Assembly: GCA_037142615.1 (NCBI GenBank)
Contig: JBAXAI010000002.1
Span: forward strand, 128,001-192,000
DNA: 64,000 nucleotides
Direction: 5' to 3'
Origin: Spirochaetales bacterium
GTDB lineage: Bacteria > Spirochaetota > Spirochaetia > JABEVK01
Each line of letters begins with the position of its first letter. Positions within the stretch are counted from its first letter, which is position 1. Both the position numbers and the translations under genes were made by a program. This document shows, piece by piece, positions 1 to 9,166 of this stretch. A model generated the notes under the pieces. It saw only the letters and a list, made by a program, of their open reading frames with translations, was not told the origin of the DNA and ran no database searches.

Positions 1-128
1 TCGCCCGGGAGCAAGAACAGCAACACCGGCATCAATAGGAAGCCGCCGCCGATTCCCGTCAGGCTGCCGAGGAAACCCAGACCGAAGCCCAGCGGGAGCC
101 CCAGCAGCAACAGTCCAAATCCGCTCAC
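1..128 (-). CDS. Sulfite exporter TauE/SafE family membrane protein (5' part; runs off window)
   Basis: Manual translation from GTG at 128: [42 protein letters not shown]; the G-x-G-G-G...P first-TM motif is typical of TauE/SafE. Confidence 0.75.
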   Translation of the reverse strand, partial: MSGFGLLLLGLPLGFGLGFLGSLTGIGGGFLLMPVLLFLLPG

Positions 129-192
129 GACTCCCCACTTTCCGGTTGAAGTTCAGGTGGATTCACTGGTACATTGCCCCACCGGAGGCAAC

Positions 193-777
193 ATGACCGC
201 AAACGATACGACCGCCAACCCCGCGCCCCTCGGCCTGCTGGGTTTTGGCATGACCACCATCCTGCTCAACATTCATAACGCAGGGTTCACGCCCTTGACC
301 AGTGCCATTATGGGCATGGGGATTTTCGTCGGAGGGCTGGCGCAGGTCATCGCCGGGGTGATGGAGTTCAAAAAGAACAACACCTTCGGCGCCACGGCGT
401 TCACCGCCTACGGCTTTTTCTGGCTGTCGCTGGTCGCAATCTGGACGCTCCCCAAGATGGGGCTCGCCACCGCCAGCGACGAAGTGACCATGGGGTGCTA
501 TCTGGCCATCTGGGGGCTGTTCACGCTGGGCATGTGGTTCGGCACCTGGAAGCTCAACCGCATGCTGCAAGTGGTGTTTGGCACCCTGGTCGCGTTGTTC
601 TTTCTGCTCGCGGCGCGCGACTTCTTGAACGCCAGCGGCCCGGAAGCCGGCAAGACCGTCGGCCTCGTCGCCGGGTGGGTGGGACTGGCCTGCGGGTTCT
701 CGGCAGTCTACGGCTCGCTGGCGCAAGTGCTCAACGAAGTCTACGGCCGCACGGTGTTGCCGTTGGGCCCCCGCTAA
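193..777 (+). CDS. satP: Acetate/succinate uptake transporter (GPR1/FUN34/YaaH family)
   Basis: [19 protein letters not shown] and [15 protein letters not shown] signature; GGAGG RBS before ATG 193. Confidence 0.92.
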   Translation: MTANDTTANPAPLGLLGFGMTTILLNIHNAGFTPLTSAIMGMGIFVGGLAQVIAGVMEFKKNNTFGATAFTAYGFFWLSLVAIWTLPKMGLATASDEVTMGCYLAIWGLFTLGMWFGTWKLNRMLQVVFGTLVALFFLLAARDFLNASGPEAGKTVGLVAGWVGLACGFSAVYGSLAQVLNEVYGRTVLPLGPR

Positions 778-794
778 AGGTATTCTAGGGCGTC

Positions 795-3023
795 ATGGAC
801 GCCCATACCGAAAAACAAAAACTCGCCTCGGGCCGCAACATGTCGGTCGCCGAAGGGTTCATCCAAACCATCGGCATCAACATGGGCGGCGTCTACCTGC
901 CCAACTTCATCCTGACCGCGTTTCTGCTCGAAGTGATGCACGCCTCGCACGCTCTCATCGGGCTGGCGACCAGCGTGCAGTTTTTCGTCGGCCTGCTGCA
1001 GCCGCTGGCCAACATCTTTGTGCACAAGGTGCGCTCGCGAAGGCTCGTCGCCGCCATCGCTGGCACGGTCAGCCGCCTCTTGTTCGTCAGCGCCATCTTC
1101 TACGGCATGGCCAACTCAGGCCCGGGTGCCGAGACCGTGTTCATGGTCATTCTGGTGCTGGGGGCCCTCCTCATGGCGGCTGCCAGTTCCACCTGGAGCA
1201 CCTGGATCGCCGACCTGGTGCCCGAGAGCATCCGCGGCCGGTACTTCGCCTTGCGCAACTCGATCGCCTCGGTGGCCGGCATCATCGCCGTGCTCGTGGG
1301 CGGCTGGTTGCTCAAGACCTTCCCCGGCACCGAGGGCTACGTCGTGGTGTACAGCATCGCCATTGTCACGGCCGTCATCGGCGGAATCCTCGTCCTTTTG
1401 CAGTATGAACCCGCGCAGGCCGAGCAGCCTCAGGGCTCCATGTGGTCGAGCTACAAGGAGATCCTGAAGGACCGCAACTTCATGGCCTTCGTTCGCATGG
1501 TGCTGTTCTTCAACCTGGCGCTGGTCATTGCCGGTCCGTTCTTTACCGTGCACTTCCTCGAGGTGCTGCGTCTGCCTATTGATCAGCTGGCCTACCTGAC
1601 CGCCGGCGCGGCCGTGGCCGGTATTCTGGGCAACTTCTTCTTTGGCAAAATGAGCGATATTCTGGGCAACCGCTTCATCATCCGTTTCAGCTTGCTGATG
1701 CTCATGGTGCCCACCGCGCTGATGCTGTTCATTCCTGCCCGCAACCCGCTGCCGATGGTGGCGGCCGTCATTTTACTGCAGGCGTTTTTCGGGGCCGGTT
1801 GGGGCCTGGCGACGTTCAACACCTCGTTGTCGATCTCGCCACGGGGCAAGCGGGCGCTCTACATCGGCGTGTACAATTCGCTGAACTCGGTATCGGCCGT
1901 GGCGGCGCCTATTTTGGGCGGTTTTCTCATCGACCTGTACAAGAACAACCACATTCCCGTGCTGGGGTTTGTGTTCCCGCCGACGTACGTGGTGTTCGCC
2001 ATCAGCTTTGTGCTGTTGCTGGTGGGCCTGATCACCTTCCCGTTCTATTCCGAGGGCAGCCGCCACGAGGACTACTCGCTGCGCGACGTGGTCTTCCGCA
2101 TGAACTTTCCCGAAATCCTGTACCGGCTGTTCGTGAGCACGTTTATGCCGCGCATCAGCTCACGCCACCGCCTCACCGAAGACATCGCCGACCTTCGTAG
2201 CCCCGCCGCTGTCAAACCGCTCGAGCGCCTCTTGGACGACATGGACCCCGAGGTGCGCATGAGCGCGCTCGAAGGCCTGGGCAAAACCGGGTCCGACGAC
2301 GCGGTCGAGGCCTTGCTCCACTACCACCCCCGGGCCGGCGTGCTCGAAAAGGTGGAACTGCTCAAGGCCTTCAAGGCCTTTTCGGCCGACCCCCGCGTCA
2401 AGGCCATCTTGCTCGAAGAAACCCGCTCACCGCTGTTGACCCGCCGCTTGCGCGCGCTGCGGTCGCTTGGTCCTGCGGCGTCCGAGCCTGAGGTCGCCTC
2501 GCTGGCTTTGGCCCAGCTGCAAGGGATTGGTGCGGGCAACCTCGAACTTGACGAGGAAGAGTACCTGGCCTGGGTCGAACTGTGCGTGTTGGCCAAGGAA
2601 TGGGACGTGCTGGGGCACACGTTGCCTCGGTATCCGCTGCTGAGTTTCCCGGCTGGCCGGCGGGGTCTGTTGTTCCACTGGAGCACGCTGTTCGACTTCC
2701 GCGACGACTTTTACCGCTACCTCAGCTACGAAACCCCCGACGACCGCGAAGCCATCCGCGACGAGTTGCGCGCCTCGAGCATGGAAGCCCTGGCCCGCAG
2801 CAAGACCGTCAGCGAGATCCGCCACAGCCTCAAAACGCAGGCCAAAGTGCAGGGAACCCACGCGCTGGAGTACTTCCGCACGATGGAAAAGGCCCTGTTC
2901 CACGCCCTCAAACCCTGGAACGCCAGTGTGCAGGCGCTCGTGAAGGCCCTGCTCCACCAGCCGGCCCTCACCGAGGAAGAGGAAGTGTTCCTGCTGATGA
3001 CCATCAAGAAATTGCTGGAGTAG
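795..3023 (+). CDS. MFS transporter fused to a C-terminal HEAT-repeat domain
   Basis: About 12 hydrophobic helices with DLVPESIRGRYF and GKMSDILGNR MFS motifs, then LERLLDDMDPEVRMSALEGLGKTG HEAT-like repeats. Confidence 0.8.
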   Translation: MDAHTEKQKLASGRNMSVAEGFIQTIGINMGGVYLPNFILTAFLLEVMHASHALIGLATSVQFFVGLLQPLANIFVHKVRSRRLVAAIAGTVSRLLFVSAIFYGMANSGPGAETVFMVILVLGALLMAAASSTWSTWIADLVPESIRGRYFALRNSIASVAGIIAVLVGGWLLKTFPGTEGYVVVYSIAIVTAVIGGILVLLQYEPAQAEQPQGSMWSSYKEILKDRNFMAFVRMVLFFNLALVIAGPFFTVHFLEVLRLPIDQLAYLTAGAAVAGILGNFFFGKMSDILGNRFIIRFSLLMLMVPTALMLFIPARNPLPMVAAVILLQAFFGAGWGLATFNTSLSISPRGKRALYIGVYNSLNSVSAVAAPILGGFLIDLYKNNHIPVLGFVFPPTYVVFAISFVLLLVGLITFPFYSEGSRHEDYSLRDVVFRMNFPEILYRLFVSTFMPRISSRHRLTEDIADLRSPAAVKPLERLLDDMDPEVRMSALEGLGKTGSDDAVEALLHYHPRAGVLEKVELLKAFKAFSADPRVKAILLEETRSPLLTRRLRALRSLGPAASEPEVASLALAQLQGIGAGNLELDEEEYLAWVELCVLAKEWDVLGHTLPRYPLLSFPAGRRGLLFHWSTLFDFRDDFYRYLSYETPDDREAIRDELRASSMEALARSKTVSEIRHSLKTQAKVQGTHALEYFRTMEKALFHALKPWNASVQALVKALLHQPALTEEEEVFLLMTIKKLLE

Positions 3024-3138
3024 TGGCGCAATCCCTGTCTACTAGGTAGTCATCACCTGTATACTTAATTGACATTGACATTTCCCCAAACTCACCACAC
3101 AGTTGACGTTAGTCGCGCCGGCGACAGGGGGATTTCGC

Positions 3139-4329
3139 ATGGCCATGATCGACATGCTCAAGTGGGATACGTCGAACGATCAGTTCGCCTGGAAGCATCC
3201 CGAGCAGAATCTGAGCACCTTTACCCAGTTGATAGTTCACGAGACCCAAGAGGCTGTCCTTTTTTCCAAGGGAAAGCTTATGGGTAAGTTTGGACCGGGA
3301 AAGCACACCCTCGACACCGAGAATCTTCCGATCCTCCGAAGCCTTTTTGGTCTTCCTTTCGGCGGAAAGAACCCGTTTACCGCCGAAGTCTGGTACGTCA
3401 ACAAGGTTGCCCCGCTGAATATCCCTTGGACCACCGACGCGATGCGCTACATGGACCCCGGTTATGGCGTGATGGTACCCGTTCGTGCCGAAGGACAGTA
3501 CGGGCTGCAGATCACCGACGCCGAGAAGTTCCTGCTGAAGCTCGTCGGAACCGTGCCCAGCTTCGATTCGCGGGCCCTGACGGCCCAGTTTCGCGGAGAG
3601 TTGATCAGCAAGACCAAGAGCACCATCATGGCCAAGATGACCCAGGAGAAGATCAGTGTTCTGGAGATCTCGGGTTACCTGTCGGGCATCTCGGACTACC
3701 TGAAGCAGATCATGACGGAGTTCTGGAGTGAAGTCGGCTTCCGTCTCAACTCGTTCTATGTGACCAGCATCGATGTCGACAACTCGACTGCCGAAGGCCA
3801 AAAGATCATCGAAGCCATGACCTCGAAGTCAGCCCGGCAGATCGAGGGCTACACCTACCAGCAGGAACGCTCGTTCGACACGATGCAGGTCAGTCCGTTG
3901 GCCGGAATCGGGCTGGGCCTCGGAGTCGGTGCAGGCATGGCCGGCTCGATGGCCACGCCGGGGTCCGCACCCGGCACCGTCGGCGCTTCAGGTCTCAGCG
4001 GGGTGGGGATGGGCACTACCGCCGGCGCTTCCCAGGTCTTCTGCGCCAAGTGCGGCACCAAGACCGGCGGGGCGAAGTTCTGTCCGTCTTGCGGCAAAGG
4101 ATACAACCCCTGTCCCGGCTGCGGCGGCGACAACTTGGCCGACGCCGTCAAGTGCGTCATGTGCAGCCGACCCCTCGGAAAGGCCTGCACCAAGTGCAAG
4201 GCACCCCTGGCTCTCGATGCTAAGTTTTGCCCCAACTGCGGCAACACCCTGAAAAAGACCTGCGGCAAGTGCGGCACAGTCAGCGAAGAAGGCGTGAAGT
4301 TCTGTCCCAACTGCGGGAGCGGGCTGTGA
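3139..4329 (+). CDS. SPFH/Band-7 (virion-core-like) protein with C-terminal multi zinc ribbon
   Basis: QLIVHETQEAVLF...FGPGKHTLDTENLP...PFTAEVWYVN SPFH subtype motif; Gly-rich segment; 8 CxxC motifs. Confidence 0.85.
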   Translation: MAMIDMLKWDTSNDQFAWKHPEQNLSTFTQLIVHETQEAVLFSKGKLMGKFGPGKHTLDTENLPILRSLFGLPFGGKNPFTAEVWYVNKVAPLNIPWTTDAMRYMDPGYGVMVPVRAEGQYGLQITDAEKFLLKLVGTVPSFDSRALTAQFRGELISKTKSTIMAKMTQEKISVLEISGYLSGISDYLKQIMTEFWSEVGFRLNSFYVTSIDVDNSTAEGQKIIEAMTSKSARQIEGYTYQQERSFDTMQVSPLAGIGLGLGVGAGMAGSMATPGSAPGTVGASGLSGVGMGTTAGASQVFCAKCGTKTGGAKFCPSCGKGYNPCPGCGGDNLADAVKCVMCSRPLGKACTKCKAPLALDAKFCPNCGNTLKKTCGKCGTVSEEGVKFCPNCGSGL

Positions 4330-5039
4330 ACCTGCCCGAACCTCGCCTGGCACGGCCCCCGCAAGGCCGTGTGACCACCTGGGTTACCTGGTCGGGCGCG
4401 GCTTTGGCCGTAGCTGGCTGCTACGTTGCCTGGGAATACCTGCTTCCTGCGGTGTGGCAGACCACCTCGGTTGCTTTTTCCCTCGGAGCGCTCTCGGTGG
4501 GCTTTCTGGCCTCGTGCTTCTCGTTTGGCGTGCTTCTCGACGAGGGCCGTGCCGATCCGAAATCGGTCCCAGTGTTGGCCGTGCGCCTGTCACTGGCTCT
4601 GGCTTTCACCGGCTGGATCACCTTTTTCGTCCTCGGTCGCTCCGTACTGGCGCCGTGGTCCGAAAATGTTTGGGTTTTGGTGGGAGCCTTGATTCTGGTG
4701 GGTCTCTACCTCGCAACCCTGCTGATGGGCGGCAAGGTCGATCAGGTGGCTGCCGCCGAAGCCGAAAAACTCGAGAACCTGACCCGCATCCGGGCCAAAG
4801 CCTCGCGCCTTCTCGCAGACCTTCAACTCGAGGGTTCGGCGTCAGCGCGTGAAAAGGCCGCGCGGGTCGTCGACGAACTCCGCTACCTGAGCCCCGCCGA
4901 AGGCACTGCCGCGTGGGAGACCGAAATGGAAATTCTGCAGGCGCTGACCGACCTTCCCGGCAGCCCTGCGTCCGAACAAGAAAAGCACTTCGACCGCCTG
5001 CTGAGCCTGATCAGCAACCGTCGCAAGTTTCTGAACTGA
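4326..5039 (+). CDS. Hypothetical membrane protein (4 TM plus C-terminal helical domain)
   Basis: GTGA overlap with the upstream stop; four hydrophobic segments; soluble tail VVDELRYLSP...ETEMEIL. Confidence 0.8.
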   Translation: MNLPEPRLARPPQGRVTTWVTWSGAALAVAGCYVAWEYLLPAVWQTTSVAFSLGALSVGFLASCFSFGVLLDEGRADPKSVPVLAVRLSLALAFTGWITFFVLGRSVLAPWSENVWVLVGALILVGLYLATLLMGGKVDQVAAAEAEKLENLTRIRAKASRLLADLQLEGSASAREKAARVVDELRYLSPAEGTAAWETEMEILQALTDLPGSPASEQEKHFDRLLSLISNRRKFLN

Positions 5040-5064
5040 ACCGATCTGACCACCACAGGGGGAC

Positions 5065-7194
5065 ATGATGAAGGGAAAGGTATTTCCGGGCTCGACGAGC
5101 CTGCACGAGGACAAGGCGCGGTTGCTCTTCGATTACTTCAAGGGGGCGGCACAACGTATTGTCACCCAAGAGCTTGAGTTCGAAGCAAGGATCGACGAAC
5201 AGCGGCGCGAGGTCGTCCGCCTTAAGGAAAAGGGCCGGAAAGATTTGCTGCTCAAGGGCTTGGTCGGCGGACTCGTCGGCTTGCTGATTCTTGGCTACGG
5301 TCTCTACGACCTGATCGCAAATGGTGGGGCGTTTGTGATTTCGCTGGTCGGGTTTGTCGTTGGCCTGGTGGCTGGCTTGTTGGTCTTCCTCGACAAGCGC
5401 AAGGAAACCGCCGGCATAACGCTCGCCGAAACCAAGATTGCGACTTTCGAAGAGGAACACCGGAACATTCGGCGCGACTTCAAAGTCCACCGGGTGGGCA
5501 CCGTCTACGTGCCAGTGGCCACGCGGGTACCCTTCCGGGGGCGCAGTTTCCTCCTCGATCATACCCGTCAGGTTCCGACGCAGAACTTCACCCTCGCCGA
5601 GATTCGCGACGTCGAGGAACTGAAGCAAGCCGTTTCGTCCATGGATTCCCTGCTCGAGGCCATTCCCGCTGTCGATGGCGGGACCGACAGTGAGACCATC
5701 GATACCAACGGCCTGTCGCGCTCGATTCCGAAGATCACCATGAACGAATGGTCGGCTTCGCTCGACAGGCAACTTCGCAAGATCAACTACCTATTTCAGG
5801 ACCTCATCCAGACGTCGATCGACATTCCCATCATCGCGCCCGACAGCGAATATGCCCGCTTCCTCGAAGAGTATGCAGCCGACGCCCGGGTGCCATCGCT
5901 CGAACTCAAGGTTTTTCCGACCGAGAACCTCGAATCGGCCCTTCAGGGCTTTCAAAAGCTGGCTGACCTTTCAGACTCCAAGACCACAGGTAACGAACGG
6001 GGCGTCGAGGACTTCTGCCGCAGCATCATGAAGAAGTCTTCGAACACTCTGCAACTGCTTTCGCAAACGCGGGCCAAGTCGCTGCAGACGCTCAACCTCA
6101 TCACCGAGGGCTTCTTTTCCTCGGTGGCCAAGGCGTCGTTCAACTACTACAACCCGGTGGCCGAGGCCGAGAGCATCGACCGCATCCGCCAGGAAACCTT
6201 CAACTTGGAAGACAGCGCCGAGAACTATGAAAACCTCGAGCTGAAAAAGAGCTCGAAGATGAGCTACGACCCCATTTCGGACAACTGGGTGGCTGAAGAC
6301 GGTTCCCGCTCGTCGTTCCCTTTTGGCATGAGCCAGGTGTTCGAAGAGGTGTTCGTCCCGATGATCACCAACCTGATGCAGGAAAACCGGCTTGAGCGCC
6401 TCAAGATCTACAACGCGATCAAGGATCAAAAGACCGACTACCTCAACCAATGGCATCGCGACACCGACACGTTCTACGCCAGCAATCGCGCCGAAATCAA
6501 CGAGATCTTCAACCGCATCCGCACGATCAGTTCTGACTTCATGAGCGATCTGAACACGTTCAAGGCCTACGCCGAGACGCTGAAGAATATGCGCCGCGGC
6601 CAGAGTTCGGCCGACGTTTCCGACGAGCTGAAAATGGGCGTAGAGGAACTTGCCGCCTTTGAGGCCCAGGCTCAGGTCAGCCAAGCTTTCCTTGCCCAGT
6701 TTGGCGAGACCCTCGATAACATCAAGGACGAGATCAACACGCTCGCCCACGAGTTCGAACACATCGAGTTTTTCGAGGCGTCGCTGCGTGACGGCGAAGC
6801 TCGTGACTACGCGCTGGCCATGGGCCGAACCGACTACGACGAACGCCAAAAGAAGCTGCTCGCGCTGGGGCCGCAGATCGCGTCGGGAGGCAACCTGCCC
6901 CCGGTGCCACAGGTTTCCGACCAAGTGGAGCGCGATTTGCTCATCAATCTCGACGCTGTGTTTGAAAATACGCTCCAGCAGATCCTCGAGAGTGAACGCA
7001 CTTTAACCGAGAAGGCCGCTGCCAAGGTTGCCGACGAGCCTGCACCCGCGCCCCAGCCCGAACCAACGCCTGAACCCGAAGCAACGGCTCCCCCAAGCGC
7101 CGAACCCGGGCCCGAAGAGGAAGACGAGGACGACGAGGACGACGAGGAAGACGAGGAAGACGAGGAAGACGACAGCGGAAAAGGAAAACGCTGA
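5065..7194 (+). CDS. Large coiled-coil protein with a two-helix hydrophobic hairpin and acidic tail; function unknown
   Basis: 709-aa ORF with G-rich RBS; two hydrophobic helices near residues 60-110; no NTPase motif seen. Confidence 0.85.
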   Translation: MMKGKVFPGSTSLHEDKARLLFDYFKGAAQRIVTQELEFEARIDEQRREVVRLKEKGRKDLLLKGLVGGLVGLLILGYGLYDLIANGGAFVISLVGFVVGLVAGLLVFLDKRKETAGITLAETKIATFEEEHRNIRRDFKVHRVGTVYVPVATRVPFRGRSFLLDHTRQVPTQNFTLAEIRDVEELKQAVSSMDSLLEAIPAVDGGTDSETIDTNGLSRSIPKITMNEWSASLDRQLRKINYLFQDLIQTSIDIPIIAPDSEYARFLEEYAADARVPSLELKVFPTENLESALQGFQKLADLSDSKTTGNERGVEDFCRSIMKKSSNTLQLLSQTRAKSLQTLNLITEGFFSSVAKASFNYYNPVAEAESIDRIRQETFNLEDSAENYENLELKKSSKMSYDPISDNWVAEDGSRSSFPFGMSQVFEEVFVPMITNLMQENRLERLKIYNAIKDQKTDYLNQWHRDTDTFYASNRAEINEIFNRIRTISSDFMSDLNTFKAYAETLKNMRRGQSSADVSDELKMGVEELAAFEAQAQVSQAFLAQFGETLDNIKDEINTLAHEFEHIEFFEASLRDGEARDYALAMGRTDYDERQKKLLALGPQIASGGNLPPVPQVSDQVERDLLINLDAVFENTLQQILESERTLTEKAAAKVADEPAPAPQPEPTPEPEATAPPSAEPGPEEEDEDDEDDEEDEEDEEDDSGKGKR
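7117..7170 (+). repeat. In-frame 9-nt tandem repeat (GAGGAMGAC x6) encoding an E/D tract
   Basis: Six consecutive GAGGAAGAC/GAGGACGAC units read directly. Confidence 0.9.
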
Positions 7195-8132
7195 TGGCAC
7201 GCTACGACTTTCTCGTTGACACCACCCCGATGGGCCACTCGTTGTCGACCTTGGCCGAAGGCGTGCGCACCACCAGCGTGACCGTGCTTTCGTCGGCCGA
7301 GGCCATCGCCTTGGCTGAAGCCGAGGCAGCGAAGAAGATCAGCTACCACGTGAGCGAAGGCTTCTTCAACCTCGTGGTCAGTCAGCTCAACCAGAAGATG
7401 GCACGGCTTCGCAGTTCGCTTCAGGCCAAGGATGCTCAACTGCTCGCCGAACGCAAAACGGCCGATCTCCTGCGGTTGCAGTTTCTCCGCGACTTCCAGA
7501 TGATCAAGAGGCGCTATCACAAGCTTTTCAACACCCTGAACAAGTCGCTCAAGCTACGGGTGTATGAACTCGACAAACCTCTGACGTCGGTGCTCGTCGG
7601 AGGCTTTCAGGCCAACATCAAGCAGCGCAATCAGAACCTGGCGATTCCCGCACTTCTGACCACCGAAGGTCAGTCGGCCGGGCAGGGTATGGAAATCGGC
7701 CGCACCAAACAACAGGCTCTACGGCTGATCGAGGCCATTCGGGCCTACCTTATGAAGACTTTCGAGGTTCAGGCCCACATCAACGCCATGCTCACCGACG
7801 ACCTGGCCGACGATCGGATCGACATCCTTTTGCCTTCGTTGATGTTCGAGTTTGATTCGCAGGCAGTGGGCATCCGCGGTACCCAGTTCCAGTTCGCCGG
7901 TGCCCCTGGCGAGTCGCAGGGACTCTACCATGACGTCGTTCAGGCCGTGAGCGGCGTTGAAATTGCCGAAGAAGCCTGGGAGCCGGTCGAGGTGACGGAA
8001 CGCGACCGCGTCGTCGCGGAGTTCCAGAAACTGCTCGATGCCTCGTCGCTCTCCGTTCGTGAAAAGGCCGAGGCTAGCCGCCTGATGGCCTCTCAGGAGT
8101 CGTGGTTCGAGGTGCGTGGAGAGCAAGCATGA
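7194..8132 (+). CDS. Hypothetical coiled-coil protein (paralogue A)
   Basis: TGATG coupling; VDTTPM...DFQMIKRRYHKLFNTLNKSLKLRVYELDKP. Confidence 0.85.
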   Translation: MARYDFLVDTTPMGHSLSTLAEGVRTTSVTVLSSAEAIALAEAEAAKKISYHVSEGFFNLVVSQLNQKMARLRSSLQAKDAQLLAERKTADLLRLQFLRDFQMIKRRYHKLFNTLNKSLKLRVYELDKPLTSVLVGGFQANIKQRNQNLAIPALLTTEGQSAGQGMEIGRTKQQALRLIEAIRAYLMKTFEVQAHINAMLTDDLADDRIDILLPSLMFEFDSQAVGIRGTQFQFAGAPGESQGLYHDVVQAVSGVEIAEEAWEPVEVTERDRVVAEFQKLLDASSLSVREKAEASRLMASQESWFEVRGEQA

Positions 8133-9166
8133 GCTATACACGACACTTTCAGGCTTCGATCACCGTCAGTGGCTCGAAGACCGTCAGCTACCCCAAGAGT
8201 GAGTCCGGCGGGTCGATGACTGTCAACTACTCCGAAACCGAACCCCTCGATTTCTACATCGAGGTCGACACCAACCCCGTGGACCATGGAGTATCTGAAA
8301 TGCACGGCCAAATCGCTGGCCTCAACGCGGCAGTCGTCGCCGGTGCCCAACAGCAGATCCGCGAGAAGCGCGCGGGAGCCGACAAGATTTCTACCACCGT
8401 GATCACTGAGTTCAGCAACTACATCACCGGTGACATCAAGCAGGAAATGGCCTCGCTCAAGAGCGCCATCGCCTCGCGCCAAGCACTGCTGCATGCCGAG
8501 GGCCAAGCGGCGGGTGCACGACACCAGCAGTTTATCGGCGACTACCGACGCATCAAAGAGCGGTACGCCACGCTGTTCCACAACCTCGACAAGGAGCTTG
8601 AACGGCGAGTCCGCGCCATTGACGAGCCGGTGTTCCGGCTGGTTCAAGATTCGTTCCTGCAGGGCATCAAAAATCGCTCGGGCACGGCCCTCCGGTCCTC
8701 GCTTCTGGGAGTATCCGAAAGCGGCGCCGCCCGCCAGGCGCTCGAAAACACCGGCGTCAAGCGTCGGAATCTGCAATTGCTGCAGTTGGCCGGCGAGTTC
8801 CTGCTCGGACAAAAGGAACTGGAGCACCGTATCGCGGCCATCTTGACTCCTGACGAGTGCGAAGACGCGACGGTTTTGTCGGTGCCGGTGGTCCTGCTCG
8901 AGACCGAGGACAGCACCGGCCGAAAGTCCCACGAGCGCCACGCCGCCGATTCTCCCCCGCTCGAAACCGGTCAGGCCGCCTGGGATTTAGCCGACTGGGG
9001 CACGATGTCCGAGACGGCCCGCGAGTCGCTCGACAAGGCCTTCTTGGAACTGGTGGGCGAAGACTCCGCCCATCTCAGCGAGCGCGAACTGGGACTCATT
9101 CAGCAATTGTGGTCGGATTGCCGGCCACTCACCAACGACGAGAGAGGAACCACATGGACAAACTGA
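8129..9166 (+). CDS. Hypothetical coiled-coil protein (paralogue B)
   Basis: ATGA coupling; VDTNPV...DYRRIKERYATLFHNLDKELERRVRAIDEP aligns by eye with the upstream gene. Confidence 0.85.
   Translation: MSYTRHFQASITVSGSKTVSYPKSESGGSMTVNYSETEPLDFYIEVDTNPVDHGVSEMHGQIAGLNAAVVAGAQQQIREKRAGADKISTTVITEFSNYITGDIKQEMASLKSAIASRQALLHAEGQAAGARHQQFIGDYRRIKERYATLFHNLDKELERRVRAIDEPVFRLVQDSFLQGIKNRSGTALRSSLLGVSESGAARQALENTGVKRRNLQLLQLAGEFLLGQKELEHRIAAILTPDECEDATVLSVPVVLLETEDSTGRKSHERHAADSPPLETGQAAWDLADWGTMSETARESLDKAFLELVGEDSAHLSERELGLIQQLWSDCRPLTNDERGTTWTN

Noticed and set aside
5065-7194. Dynamin-like or SMC-like ATPase call for the large operon protein
   Set aside because: No Walker A/B or G-domain motifs visible
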